The notes: generated by a model from the sequence alone, not told the origin. Numbered from the stretch's first letter, positions 42,138 through 53,021 are shown. The stretch is 64,000 nt of DNA from Candidatus Eiseniibacteriota bacterium (GCA_963792585.1 CAWBWI010000005.1:157312-221311); one strand, 5' to 3'. A program made the numbers and translations.

Positions 42138-42905
42138 ATGAATCGTACGCTCCCTTCGCGCTCCCTTCTGATCTACGCGCTCGTCCTCGTTTTGTCCGCC
42201 GGGTTTCTCGTCGCGAGGTGTGACGCGCAGATCCCCGACACGTTCACCAATCTCAAGGTCCTGCCCAAGGAGATCAGCAAGCAGGATCTGATCAGCACCA
42301 TGCGCGCATTCTCGAACGCGCTGGGAGAGCACTGCGATTACTGCCACGTCCACAAGGACGGCAACCCCCAGAACGACATGGACTGGGCCGCCGACGATTT
42401 GAAGGCGAAGACGACCGCGCGCGTCATGATGCAGATGACCCAGACGATCAACGCGACCGAGATCCCCAAGATCACCACCGCCCATCTGGACCGCGTCGAG
42501 GTTCGGTGCCGCACCTGCCATCACGGACAGGCCCGCCCGATGCTGATCGAGGATCTCCTATCGGGCGCCTACCAGGCTGCCGGGATCGACTCGCTCGAGA
42601 ACAAGTACGAGGAGCTGCGCAAGGAGTACTACGGGAGCGACACCTTCAACTTCGGCGAGCGGATGTTGCCCTCTCTCGGAGAGAAACTGGCGGGGCAGGG
42701 CAAGCCGGCGGAGGTCGTGAAGTTCGCGGAGTACAACCTGCACTGGTTCCCTCAGTCCGGTCTCGCGCACCTCATGCTGGGCCAGGCTCGCGCCGCGGCG
42801 GGCGAGAAGGATGCCGCCATGGAGGAACTGAAGAAGGCGGTCGAACTCGATCCGGGTCTGGAGGAAAACGCGCAGCGGGTCATTTCCCGGATGCAGCCCA
42901 AATGA
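42138..42905 (+). CDS. Diheme c-type cytochrome with C-terminal TPR
   Basis: GGAGG RBS, signal peptide, NLKVLP, CDYCH, CRTCHHG, TPR-like AHLMLGQA...KKAVELDP. Confidence 0.8.
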   Translation: MNRTLPSRSLLIYALVLVLSAGFLVARCDAQIPDTFTNLKVLPKEISKQDLISTMRAFSNALGEHCDYCHVHKDGNPQNDMDWAADDLKAKTTARVMMQMTQTINATEIPKITTAHLDRVEVRCRTCHHGQARPMLIEDLLSGAYQAAGIDSLENKYEELRKEYYGSDTFNFGERMLPSLGEKLAGQGKPAEVVKFAEYNLHWFPQSGLAHLMLGQARAAAGEKDAAMEELKKAVELDPGLEENAQRVISRMQPK

Positions 42906-43040
42906 GGCGGGAGTCTTCTCGCGGCGGCCCGCCCGTCTTGCCGATGAAGGAAACCTGTCCTATCATCCGCTCACGGCACCGACTTCCTCGAGCCGGCGGA
43001 CGGTGACAGACCCGATCCCATTCGAAGCGGAGGACCCTGC

Positions 43041-43562
43041 ATGACCAAAGAAATCGACTTCGCCCAGTTGAAGCTACAGGACGCCCTCGATCTTGCGATC
43101 TTGATCGAGGAGGAGGCGGAAGAGCGCTACCGGGAATTCGCGGAACAGATGGAGGCATTCTTCACCCCCGAGGCGGCCCGGTTCTTCACCTTCATGGCCG
43201 GCAACGAGGCGAAGCACGGCAGGGAGCTTTCGGACCGCCGACGGAAGCGATTCGGCGACGCCCCGGTCACGATCGATCGGCGCATGCTGTGGGAAGTCGA
43301 AGCCCCTTCCTACGACAAGGCCCGCGCGTTCATCTCCCCGCGAAAGGTCCTGGAGATCGCCCTTCAATCGGAGATCAGGGCACACGACTATTTCGCCGGC
43401 GCCGCTCCGCACGTGAAGGACGCCGACGTGAAGCAGCTCTTCGAGGAGCTCAGGCTGGAGGAGATCGAGCACCAGGAGATGGTGCGCAGGGAGATGGAGA
43501 AGCAGCCGCCCGACGACGATCGGGATCCGGACGAGTTCATCGACGAACCGCACGAGATGTAG
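43041..43562 (+). CDS. Rubrerythrin/ferritin-like diiron protein
   Basis: AILIEEEA, EAKH, SEIRAHDYF, EEIEH. Confidence 0.85.
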   Translation: MTKEIDFAQLKLQDALDLAILIEEEAEERYREFAEQMEAFFTPEAARFFTFMAGNEAKHGRELSDRRRKRFGDAPVTIDRRMLWEVEAPSYDKARAFISPRKVLEIALQSEIRAHDYFAGAAPHVKDADVKQLFEELRLEEIEHQEMVRREMEKQPPDDDRDPDEFIDEPHEM

Positions 43563-43650
43563 GATCGCCGCCGGGTTCTTCCGCCAGGAGCGGGGGATCA
43601 CTTGGACCTTCACGAGGACCTCGCCGTTCGCCGGCGCAGGTCCTCGTCGC

Positions 43651-44835
43651 TCACTTCAGCAGGATCAGCTTCTCCGTCGCCCGTCCGGAGCCGGAGGAGA
43701 CGCGTAAGAAGTACGGACCCGCCGCGGCCGCGCGTCCGTCGGCCCATCGCCCGTCCCAGCGAAGCCTCACGTCTCCCGGACCCTCGCCTCGATAGAGCGG
43801 CGCGATCCGGCGCCCGGACGCATCGTAGATCGCCGCATCCACCATCGTCGCCGTCGTGATGCCGATGCGGGCCTCGAAATCTCCGCTGGATGGATTGGGC
43901 CGGACCTCGATCCCCCGGATCCCATTCGGGGACGGGCCCACATCCGCCGACGGCACCCAGACGTCGGTGATCGGCGTCTCGTTGACGGCCGCGCCGAAGG
44001 GTTGGATCGCCAGCGCATCGCAGATCGTGCGCAAGACCGTGTAGTGATTGATCACTCCGTAGGACACGTACCCGCTCTTGACCAATCCTCCGGCGAATAC
44101 CGTCAGGATGTGATTCTCGTGGTACGAGTCGTCCTCGTCCCAGGTGAGAATCACGAATCCCGCGGGTCCGACGGCCTGGAGCATGGCCGGCATGTTCGCG
44201 GCGAGCCAAGCGTCTCCGGTCGCCACGGAGCAATCGTGCGTGTTGTTGCATTGGTTCGGAACGACGAATGCCAGTCGCGGCAACGTTCCGTTCTCGATGT
44301 CGGTCGCGAGGTCCTGGTACCGCCGTTCCCGCTGATGATCCAGATTGCTGAAGTGTGTCCAGGGGGCATGCTTGCGGACGTAGAGGCTGTCGCTGCTCAA
44401 GCACCCGGGGAAGCCGGGAAACGGCAGATTCTCCGCATACGACTTCCACGTGAGCCCGGCCTCCTCACAGGCTTGGCCGAGGTTGGGCGCGGTGAAAGGT
44501 GAGCCCGGCGCAGGACACGCATTGCTGGTCACATCCATGGTCGATCCCGACCAGAGGGCGATGTAGTTCGGCTGCGACGGGTGGGTGACCGCGTAGGACG
44601 AAGTGAAGAGACTGCCTGAATCGATGAGGCTCGCCGTGTACGGGGCGCCCCAGACGTCCTGATAGAACTTGTTCTCCATCACGACCACGATGATGTGGTC
44701 CGCGAGTGGAACGCCTCCCGGGGGCAGCGTGGGCCCGCCCCACGTCGCGCCGTTGGCCAGAACCAGAAGGGACCAGAGGAACCCGGTTAGGCGGCTCCCC
44801 CTGGGAAATCGCGTCGCAGATTTGAAACGGACCAT
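43651..44835 (-). CDS. Phosphoesterase-family acid phosphatase with FlgD-Ig C-terminus
   Basis: DHIIVVVMENK, THPSQPNYIAL, YVRKHAPW, TWDED, HYTVLRTI, WDGRWADG. Confidence 0.85.
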   Translation of the reverse strand: MVRFKSATRFPRGSRLTGFLWSLLVLANGATWGGPTLPPGGVPLADHIIVVVMENKFYQDVWGAPYTASLIDSGSLFTSSYAVTHPSQPNYIALWSGSTMDVTSNACPAPGSPFTAPNLGQACEEAGLTWKSYAENLPFPGFPGCLSSDSLYVRKHAPWTHFSNLDHQRERRYQDLATDIENGTLPRLAFVVPNQCNNTHDCSVATGDAWLAANMPAMLQAVGPAGFVILTWDEDDSYHENHILTVFAGGLVKSGYVSYGVINHYTVLRTICDALAIQPFGAAVNETPITDVWVPSADVGPSPNGIRGIEVRPNPSSGDFEARIGITTATMVDAAIYDASGRRIAPLYRGEGPGDVRLRWDGRWADGRAAAAGPYFLRVSSGSGRATEKLILLK

Positions 44836-45052
44836 CGATCACCTCGGCCTGCGGATTCGGACTCACCGCGCCTCATCCGATGGAAACAGGTCATGATAAC
44901 ACATCATCGCGAATCGGTGAAGGTGTTGTCCGGCATTGGGCGAAAAGCATATAATCCACGAGGTTTGTGGATGCCGCGACATCGACATCCATGCGGACCG
45001 CTCTCCATGAGCGGCTGACACGATTGGGCCCGCAGCTTGACCAGGAGTACCC

Positions 45053-47035
45053 ATGGCCTCCCACTTCCTTCATCCGATATCTCCGCGCCGTGCATCTGCT
45101 TGGATCGCGTTTGGGCTCGCGCTCGCGAGCCCGCCTGCCGACGCGCTTCGCGTCGTGGACTACAACATCCTGAACTACCCGGGGAATTCGGGCTCCGCGC
45201 GCGCGCCCTACTATCGGACGGTCCTGGGGCCGTTGAACGCGGATGTGATCGTCACCGAGGAGATTACGAGCGCTTCGGGCCCGGCGCAGTTCCTCAACGA
45301 GGTCCTCGAAGTCCTCGAGCCGGGACAGTGGGCGACCGTGTCGTTCATCGATGGAAACGACACCGACGCGGCGCTGTTCTACAAGCCCGCGAAGGTGCAA
45401 TTCCTGGGCCAGTCGGCGTTCTATCCGAATCCGGCCAATCATCTGCGCCTCGTCCATTCCTATCGACTGAAGCCGATCGGCTACGCGTCCCCCGCGGCCG
45501 AGCTACGCCTCTACACGGCGCACCTGAAGGCGTCGACGGGATTCGAAGCGCAGCGCCTCGCCGAGTGCGTCGGCATGCGGGACAGCCTGAATGCCATGCC
45601 GATGGGAACGCACGCGATGATCTGCGGCGATATGAACTTCTACAAGGCCAGCTCGGAGCCGGGGTACTGGAAACTCCTCGAGTCGCAGGCGAACAACAAT
45701 GGACGCGCATTCGATCTGCTTCCCGCTGGGGATTGGCACGACGCCCAAGGCTTCGCCATCTATCACACGCAGTCGACCTGCCTCTCGGGCACCTGCGCCT
45801 CCGGCGCCGCGACGGGCGGCATGGATGACCGTTTCGATTTCATCCTCCCGACCTACAGCCTGATCACCGGGCATGGGCTCTCCGTGATTCCGGGCACGTG
45901 CATCTCCGTCGGCCAGGATGGCCAGCATCTCAACAGGAACATCACGGATGCGCCTACGATCCCCGAGGGAGCCGCCTACGCGACCGCCCTCCAGTTGACG
46001 AGCGACCACCTTCCCCTTCGGATCGACCTGCAGTTGCCGGCGAAGATCACAACGGCCCCGGCGCTCGCCTTCGACCCCGTCATCGTCGGCGCGCCCCTGC
46101 AGATTCGGAATCTCGTCGTGGGAAACCCGGCTATCGCTCCGGCCGATTCGCTCAACTGTCTGTTCTCTCCGCCTTCCGGATTCGGGGCTCCGACCCCTCT
46201 CGCGGTCGCCTCCGGAGACTCCGCGTCCGCGTCGATCACCATGAACACGGGCGCCTCAGGCGTCCTCTCCGGGGACCTCCTGATCTCCTCCGACGCCCCC
46301 GACGATCCGGTGAAGTTGATTCCGCTGTCCGGGACCGTGCTGGACCACGCGGCCGCGTCGCTCGATTCGACCGCAATCGCCCTCACCGCAACCATCGACT
46401 TCGGAAGCCACGAGGCGGGCTCGTTCACGCCGCAGAGCGCGCGGGTTCACAACGTTGGGTACGACGCGCTCCAGGCGCGCCTTGCGGTCAACGCCGCGGC
46501 GATCGCCGGGGCGGACGGGCGCTTCTCGATCGTGGGAGGATTCGACCCGGCCCTCATCGGGTCCACCGGTCAGGGCTTCGCGATCGTCTTCGATGACGCC
46601 GGCGCGACCGAGGATTCCATCTACGCGGCGACCCTGACCTTCTCGAGCGCCGACGAGGCCTTGCCCGGCGCCGCGGCCCAACCGGACCTCGTGGTGTCCT
46701 TGTCCGCCACGGTGGAAAGCGGCCCGGCCGACTCGAGCGACCTGCCCTTGCCCACCGCCACCCGCCTGTTCACGCCGTCGCCGAACCCGCTCGCGGGTCG
46801 CACGACGCTGCGCCTGGACTTGGCGCAGCCCGCGAACGCCACCGTCATGATCTTCGACGCCTCGGGTCGTTCCGTGGCGACCTTGGCCCACCGCCTGTTC
46901 AAGGCGGGCCGGCACGATCTGACCTGGGACGGTCACGGCGATGACGGCGCCCCGGTAGGATCTGGAATCTACTTCGTGAGGTTCAGCGCCGCGGGAGGGA
47001 GCCGTCAGGCGGTCCGGTTGGTCATCGTTCGATAG
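45053..47035 (+). CDS. Secreted endonuclease/exonuclease/phosphatase-family protein with Ig-like and FlgD domains
   Basis: YNILNY, HLKAS, CGDMNFY, GGMDDRFDFIL, SDHLP; C-terminal PNP...WDGHGDDG. Confidence 0.82.
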   Translation: MASHFLHPISPRRASAWIAFGLALASPPADALRVVDYNILNYPGNSGSARAPYYRTVLGPLNADVIVTEEITSASGPAQFLNEVLEVLEPGQWATVSFIDGNDTDAALFYKPAKVQFLGQSAFYPNPANHLRLVHSYRLKPIGYASPAAELRLYTAHLKASTGFEAQRLAECVGMRDSLNAMPMGTHAMICGDMNFYKASSEPGYWKLLESQANNNGRAFDLLPAGDWHDAQGFAIYHTQSTCLSGTCASGAATGGMDDRFDFILPTYSLITGHGLSVIPGTCISVGQDGQHLNRNITDAPTIPEGAAYATALQLTSDHLPLRIDLQLPAKITTAPALAFDPVIVGAPLQIRNLVVGNPAIAPADSLNCLFSPPSGFGAPTPLAVASGDSASASITMNTGASGVLSGDLLISSDAPDDPVKLIPLSGTVLDHAAASLDSTAIALTATIDFGSHEAGSFTPQSARVHNVGYDALQARLAVNAAAIAGADGRFSIVGGFDPALIGSTGQGFAIVFDDAGATEDSIYAATLTFSSADEALPGAAAQPDLVVSLSATVESGPADSSDLPLPTATRLFTPSPNPLAGRTTLRLDLAQPANATVMIFDASGRSVATLAHRLFKAGRHDLTWDGHGDDGAPVGSGIYFVRFSAAGGSRQAVRLVIVR

Positions 47036-47149
47036 GACGGCAGGTCGCCGACGTTCGATGGCCGCGCAGACCGCCGGCCGGTCAGAGCATCCGAAACGTG
47101 ACGCCCTGCTCCTCGAGAAACACGCGGGCGGAGCGAGCCGCGGCCCCGG

Positions 47150-47734
47150 TCATGGCGCGCAGGCCTTCTGGATCAGGGCCTCGATCTCGCCCGTCTTCTT
47201 TGGATCGTAACCGACGTGCGTGACGAGAGTGCTCCCGGTCGGACCGACCAGATAGGTTGAGGGCAGCGCCGTGACCTTGTATGCGTCCGCGGTCTTTCCG
47301 GATGGATCGAAGGCTACGAGAAACGGAGCAGGCACTTTCTGGAGGAACGTTTCCGCGGCCGCCCGCTTCTTGTCGAGATTCACCGCAACGATCGTCAGGC
47401 CCTTGTCGGCGAATCGCTCGTGAAGGGAAGCGAGCCAAGGAAACGACTTCTGGCACGGCCCGCACCACGAGGCCCAGAAGTCGACCAGGATCACCTTCCC
47501 CTTCAGGGACTCGAGAGAGACCGTCGCCCCGTCTCGGGTCGGCAACGAGAAAGCCGGCGCGGCTGTGGCGTTCGGCTCGGACGGCGAGGTGGCGCGGGCG
47601 GGCCCCGTTCCGGCGAGGATTGTGAGCGCGAGCATCAAGCAGCGTGCGGGCAGCCATCGAGCGCACTTCGAGACGACACGAAAGGGACGCGGCGTCGGAG
47701 GGCACGAGGCTGCGGGTCGATCGGTGTGCGGCAT
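47150..47734 (-). CDS. TlpA-family thiol-disulfide oxidoreductase
   Basis: KGKVILVDFWASWCGPC, LPSTYLV. Start uncertain. Confidence 0.9.
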   Translation of the reverse strand: MPHTDRPAASCPPTPRPFRVVSKCARWLPARCLMLALTILAGTGPARATSPSEPNATAAPAFSLPTRDGATVSLESLKGKVILVDFWASWCGPCQKSFPWLASLHERFADKGLTIVAVNLDKKRAAAETFLQKVPAPFLVAFDPSGKTADAYKVTALPSTYLVGPTGSTLVTHVGYDPKKTGEIEALIQKACAP

Positions 47735-48018
47735 ACCAAACCTCCCGGAGATTGTGAATGTATCTCGCTTGGCTGCCTCCGAGACGCCGGTCCCTCAACG
47801 CCGACAGGTTGCCGCCGGAGTCGATTCCCCTCAGCCCCTCGCAGGACCGGCTCCATACACGACGCAACCCCGACGGTTCCCGCGCCCGGCGAGAAAATAC
47901 CCGGGCATGCCGCAAGGGGAATTGCATTCCACGCGACGGTCGGAGGATCCTGCGTCTCGCAGATCGTCGGTGCGCCGCCGCCGTCGTCTGCCGATAGCTT
48001 CCACTGGAGGGACGCACC

Positions 48019-50463
48019 ATGATCTTGCATCAGATCTCTCTGATCCGGAGATCGGGATCGAACATCGTTCGAGCTCTGATTCTCCTCGTGCTCGGCGTCT
48101 CGTGCGTGACCGCGCTCGGCGCCGCGCCGATCACCATCTACGACGACCTTCTGCAGAACCAGTTCGAGGATTGGAGTTGGGCGGCGCACGATCTGAACCA
48201 GTCGGCGATCGTGCATACGGGCATCCACGCCATCTCGATGGTTCCGGTGAGCTGGCAGGGTCTCTATTTCCATCGGGGCGGCGGAGTCGACGTGGAGGAG
48301 AACGGGACGCTCGAGTTGTGGGTCCACGGAGGTCCATCCGGGAATCAGCAGATCCGATTCTTCCTGTATGCGAATAACGAGGCGATCGGGAATGCGGAGT
48401 TCGAGACCTTCGTCGAGGGGGGCGCGATCCCGGCGGGACATTGGGCCCGCGCGACCATCCCCTTCTCCGCTCTCGGGGTGACCACCGGCGTCATCGACGG
48501 AATCGTACTGCAGGCGGACGCCGCGCAGGCGCAGCCCACCGTCTACTTCGACGACCTGATCCTGCTCGCCACGGGCGGGCCGCCGTCGCCCGTCCAGGTG
48601 ACAGTGGACCCGAACGCGGACCGCCACCCGATCAACCCTATGGTCTACGGGGTGAACTTCGGGAGCGCCTCGGAGTTCGAGTCCGCCGCCTATCCGCTGC
48701 GACGTTGGGGGGGCAACTCCACGACCCGGTACAACTGGAGGAAGGACGCGACGAACCACGCCTCCGATTGGTTCTTCATCAACCTGCCCGAATCCGACGC
48801 CGACAGCACGAGTCTCCCGGAGGGATCCTCGGCGGATCGATGGATCGACGAGACGCTCGGCGCCGGAGCGGGCGCCATCGTGACCGTCCCCACGATCGGA
48901 TGGGTCGCCCGCGACCGAGTGAAACGGTGGGGCTTCTCGGTCGCGAAGTATGGACCCCAGCAGGAGACCGAGTGCACGGCCACCGGGTGGCCTTCCTGGT
49001 GTGAGCCCGACGCGGGGAACGGGATCCGCCCCGACGGGACCCTGATCACCGGCAACGACCCACTCGACACATCGATCCCGATCGGCCCATCGTTCGTTGC
49101 GTCCTGGGTGCAACACATCGCGGGACGCGTGGGTTCGGGCGGACAGGGCGGCGTTGCCCTCTACGCACTCGACAACGAGCCGATGCTCTGGAACTCGACC
49201 CATCGAGACGTGCATCCCGCTCCCGCAACGCTCGACGAGCTCTGGTCGCGCACGCAGGACTACGCAGAGGCGGTCAAGACCGTCGACCCTACGGCGCAGA
49301 TTCTGGGCCCGGCCGCGTGGGGCTGGTGCGAGTATTTCTACTCAGCGGCGGACGGGTGCGTGCCGGGCGCCGACATGGCCGCCCACGGCGGCTTGCCGCT
49401 GTTGGAGTGGTATCTCCTGCAGAACCGACAGCGGGAGATACAGACCGGGCGGCGGCCGGTCGATTTCCTGGACATCCACTACTACCCTCAGGCCCCCGGC
49501 GTCGCCCTGACCGACGACGAGTCCGGCGCGGTGGCAAGCGTCCGGCTGCGTTCGCTGCGGAGTCTTTACGATCCGGCCTACGTCGACGAATCGTGGATCG
49601 GACAGCCTGTCCGCCTGATCCCACGCATGAAGGAGTGGATCGCCGCGCGGTGTCCCGGAGTGAAGATCGCCGTCACGGAGTACAACTGGGGCGGTGACCA
49701 GGGGATCTCCAGCGCGCTGGCGCAAGCGGAGGCGCTCGCGATCTTCGGCAGGGAGGGCGTGGATCTGGCCACCCGGTGGGTGGCGCCACAGTCGCCTTCT
49801 CGGGTTCTGCAGGCGTTTCACCTCTTTCTCGACTACGACGGACTGGGTTCGTCCCTCTTCGGTGAGAGCGTGCGGGCGACCAGCTCCGACATCGACGACG
49901 TTGGTGCCTACGCGATCCGTCGCCACGATGCACGGATCGCCGTGCTCCTGTTCAACAAGGCCACTTCGATCCGGAACGTCCAGGCGTCCGTGGAAGGCGC
50001 GGGCGACGGCGTCGCCGCGCTCTATCGGTTCGATGCCACGATGCCCCTCGGCCCCGCCGGACACGCCGATGTCGCGGATGGGGGCTTCTCGATCGATCTG
50101 CCCGCCCGCTCGGCGACCCTGGTGTTGATGCCGCTCGACACCTCCGCGACGCTTCCGGGCGACGTCGCAACGGATCGAATCGACCTTCGGGCACAGCCGA
50201 GTCCGTTCCGATCGACGCTCTCCCTGACGTACCGATCCGGCGGCCCGGTCGCGACGCCGGGCGCGGCAGAGGTTCGTATCTGCGACGCGACGGGCCGCGT
50301 CGTCCGCCGACTTGCCGGTCCGGTTCCGACGGATGGCGACTGGAACGGGATCGTCTGGGACGGCAGAGACGAAACGGGCCATGAGGTCGGCTCGGGGATG
50401 TACTTCTTCGATCTCCGGGCTGGGGCGCGCAGGGGGTCGGGAAGAGCGCTGAAGGTCAACTAA
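48019..50463 (+). CDS. Glycoside hydrolase family 44 with N-terminal CBM-like and FlgD domains
   Basis: RWGGNSTTRYNW, LDNEPMLWNSTHRDVHP, DIHYYPQ, AVTEYNWG, GREGVDLATRW. Confidence 0.88.
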   Translation: MILHQISLIRRSGSNIVRALILLVLGVSCVTALGAAPITIYDDLLQNQFEDWSWAAHDLNQSAIVHTGIHAISMVPVSWQGLYFHRGGGVDVEENGTLELWVHGGPSGNQQIRFFLYANNEAIGNAEFETFVEGGAIPAGHWARATIPFSALGVTTGVIDGIVLQADAAQAQPTVYFDDLILLATGGPPSPVQVTVDPNADRHPINPMVYGVNFGSASEFESAAYPLRRWGGNSTTRYNWRKDATNHASDWFFINLPESDADSTSLPEGSSADRWIDETLGAGAGAIVTVPTIGWVARDRVKRWGFSVAKYGPQQETECTATGWPSWCEPDAGNGIRPDGTLITGNDPLDTSIPIGPSFVASWVQHIAGRVGSGGQGGVALYALDNEPMLWNSTHRDVHPAPATLDELWSRTQDYAEAVKTVDPTAQILGPAAWGWCEYFYSAADGCVPGADMAAHGGLPLLEWYLLQNRQREIQTGRRPVDFLDIHYYPQAPGVALTDDESGAVASVRLRSLRSLYDPAYVDESWIGQPVRLIPRMKEWIAARCPGVKIAVTEYNWGGDQGISSALAQAEALAIFGREGVDLATRWVAPQSPSRVLQAFHLFLDYDGLGSSLFGESVRATSSDIDDVGAYAIRRHDARIAVLLFNKATSIRNVQASVEGAGDGVAALYRFDATMPLGPAGHADVADGGFSIDLPARSATLVLMPLDTSATLPGDVATDRIDLRAQPSPFRSTLSLTYRSGGPVATPGAAEVRICDATGRVVRRLAGPVPTDGDWNGIVWDGRDETGHEVGSGMYFFDLRAGARRGSGRALKVN

Positions 50464-50677
50464 GGGGCGGCTCCGGGGCGCAGGCGACCGGCAGCACGCA
50501 CAGGTGCGGATCCGCACCGGCAGCACGGCAACGGCAACGGCAAAGGGCATCCGCACCGGCAGCACGCGCCCTTGGAATTCCGGCTGTTTTCTTCTATCAT
50601 TATATGTCCGGCTGCATGGGCTGTCCTGGAGTCCGGATATCTCAGGTGTTCGACGCAAACCCCATGAGGATAATGCT

Positions 50678-52957
50678 ATGCTTTCCCGGTCAATCCCGGT
50701 GTTCTTGACGGTCGCCATTCTGGCTCTCGGCCTCGCGGCTGGATCCGTGAGCGCCCAGGCCCCCACGTCCAACTTTTGGACCGACGTCTCCCCCTCCGCG
50801 ATTGCGCCGGTAGGAGAGCGCGTAATCCAGCCCGTAAGCTACCGCACCCTCAGTCTCGATCAGCAAGCGATCCGGTCGTTCCTCTCCCAGGTCCCCATGG
50901 AGGGCACTCCCTCGGCCGTGGATCGGGCGGTCATCGAACTGCCCATGCCCGCGGGAGGATTCGAGCGCTTCGCAATCGTCGAATCCCCCGTCATGGCGCC
51001 CGAACTCGGCGCGATGTACCCGGAGATTCGGACTTATGCCGGTTACGGCTTGGATGACCCTTCGGCCACGATCCGTTTCGACCTCGTCCCCCAAGGCTTC
51101 CATGCCCTGATCCTCTCCGAGAACGGCTCCATCTGCATCGATCCGTTCCAGCGTGGGGACGCGACCCACTATCAGAGCTACTACAGGAGCGATCACCTCT
51201 CCGGCGGGCTCCTCGGCGGCTGCACCGTCGTGGACGATGACGGCATGGGGGCCGAGATCGCCTCCCTCGTGGGAGACGGCCACCACCGCTCCGGCACGCA
51301 GCTGCGCACCTATCGCGCCGCCATCGCGGCCACGGGCGAGTACACGACCTACCACGGCGGCACCGTCGCTCTCGGCCTTGCGGCCGTGGTGACCAGCTTG
51401 AACCGCGTGACCGGCGTCTACGAGCGTGAGGTCTCCATCCGGATGGTGCTCATCCCGAACAACAACCTGATCATCTACACCAACGCCGCGACCGACCCGT
51501 ACACCAACAACAACGGGAGCACGATGCTCGGACAGAACCAGGCGAACCTGGACGCGGTGATCGGCAGCGCCAACTACGACATCGGCCACGTATTCTCGAC
51601 CGGCGGCGGCGGCATCGCGGGGCTCGGTGTGGTTTGCCGTACCGGGAACAAGGCGCGCGGCGTCACCGGGTCCACGCAGCCGATCGGTGACAACTTCGAC
51701 ATCGACTACGTCGCCCACGAAATGGGTCACCAGTTCGGCTCGAACCACTGCTTCAACGGCAACGCCGGTTCCTGCGCGGGCGGAAACCGGAACGCATCCA
51801 CCGCCTACGAGCCGGGCAGCGGTTCCACCATCATGGCCTACGCCGGAATCTGCGGCGCGCAGAACCTGCAGGGGCATAGTGACGACTACTTCGTGTGGAT
51901 CAGCACGCAGGAGATCGTCGCCTACAGCACCACCGGCTCCGGCAACGCCTGTGCGGTCACCACTGCAACGGGCGTGATCGAGCCGACCGTCGACGCGGGG
52001 GTCGGCGGCTTCACGATTCCGCTCAACACACCTTTCGCCCTCACGGCGACGGCAACCACGACCGGCACCCCGACCTACTGCTGGGAGGAGTCGGATCTCG
52101 GGCCGGCCGGGGCATCCGAACACGCCTTCGGGCAACGCGCCGATCTTCCGCTCCTTCGACCCGGTCGCAAGCCCCACTCGCACTCTTCCCGAAGCTCAGC
52201 AACCTCCTCAACAACACCCAGACGATGGGCGAGATCCTCCCGTCTACGCGCGCAACCTCTCGTTCCGCGTCACCGTGCGCGACACGCAGGTCGGCGGCGT
52301 CGGCGTTCGGCAACGATGGGATCTCCTTCGCGGTCGCCGCGACGGGCCCGTTCCTGGTCACCTATCCCAACACCGTGCGTCACCTGGCCTGGCGGAACGC
52401 AGGAGACGGTCACCTGGGATGTCGCGGGCACGAACGCCGCGCCGGTGAACTGCGCGACGGTCAACATCCTTCTCTCGACCGACGGCGGCAACACCTGGCC
52501 GGCGGTCGTGCTGGCCGGGACCCCGAACGACGGCTCCGAGCAGATCACGGTCCCCACCACCCCAACCACCCAGGCCCGACTGAAGATCGAGGCGGCGGAC
52601 AACATCTTCTTCGATCTGTCGAACCGGAACTTCACGATCGAGTACTCGGCGGATGTCGCCGAGCAAGCGGTCTCCCCTTCCGGTCTGAAGCTCTACGTAA
52701 ACAGCCCGAACCCATTCAACCCCAACACGACGATCCGCTTCGAGATGCCGCAGGCGGGTCCGGCGGCCGTCCGCATCTACGACGCTTCCGGACGACTCGT
52801 GCGGACGCTCGTCGAGGAGCAGTTTGGCGCGGGAGTTCACCAGGTCCTGTGGAATGGAAGGGACTCGCGGGGCAAGGCCATGGACTCGGGCGTGTATCTC
52901 TACAAGCTCAACGCCATGGGAGAAACGCTTTCGGGACGGATGACTCTGACGAAGTAG
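50678..52957 (+). CDS. Reprolysin-like (M12B) zinc metalloprotease with FlgD domain; internal compensating frameshifts ~52110-52380
   Basis: YRAAIAATGEY, YDIGHVF, AHEMGHQFGSNH, EPGSGSTIMAYAG. Expected FPKLSNLLNN...GEILP segment sits in another frame. Confidence 0.88.
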   Translation: MLSRSIPVFLTVAILALGLAAGSVSAQAPTSNFWTDVSPSAIAPVGERVIQPVSYRTLSLDQQAIRSFLSQVPMEGTPSAVDRAVIELPMPAGGFERFAIVESPVMAPELGAMYPEIRTYAGYGLDDPSATIRFDLVPQGFHALILSENGSICIDPFQRGDATHYQSYYRSDHLSGGLLGGCTVVDDDGMGAEIASLVGDGHHRSGTQLRTYRAAIAATGEYTTYHGGTVALGLAAVVTSLNRVTGVYEREVSIRMVLIPNNNLIIYTNAATDPYTNNNGSTMLGQNQANLDAVIGSANYDIGHVFSTGGGGIAGLGVVCRTGNKARGVTGSTQPIGDNFDIDYVAHEMGHQFGSNHCFNGNAGSCAGGNRNASTAYEPGSGSTIMAYAGICGAQNLQGHSDDYFVWISTQEIVAYSTTGSGNACAVTTATGVIEPTVDAGVGGFTIPLNTPFALTATATTTGTPTYCWEESDLGPAGASEHAFGQRADLPLLRPGRKPHSHSSRSSATSSTTPRRWARSSRLRAQPLVPRHRARHAGRRRRRSATMGSPSRSPRRARSWSPIPTPCVTWPGGTQETVTWDVAGTNAAPVNCATVNILLSTDGGNTWPAVVLAGTPNDGSEQITVPTTPTTQARLKIEAADNIFFDLSNRNFTIEYSADVAEQAVSPSGLKLYVNSPNPFNPNTTIRFEMPQAGPAAVRIYDASGRLVRTLVEEQFGAGVHQVLWNGRDSRGKAMDSGVYLYKLNAMGETLSGRMTLTK

Positions 52958-52990
52958 GTCGCGAGACGATTTCGGCGGGTCTTGTGCTGA

Positions 52991-53021
52991 GCGGGGCTCC
53001 GGCTGCATGCCGGAGCCCCGC
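52991..53021. terminator. GC-rich hairpin between convergent genes, probable terminator
   Basis: GCGGGGCTCCGGC-TGCAT-GCCGGAGCCCCGC perfect 13-bp stem; no long U-tract. Confidence 0.55.

Noticed and set aside
47120..47165. TlpA ends CAP-TGA, which looks like a CxxU motif
   Set aside because: The thioredoxin domain is already complete, the TGA overlaps an ATG (ATGA) as in ordinary stop/start coupling, and the downstream hairpin has no CGGG or early-G loop.
50487..50566. CRISPR array
   Set aside because: Repeats are only 12-18 bp with short uneven spacers and no cas genes are present.
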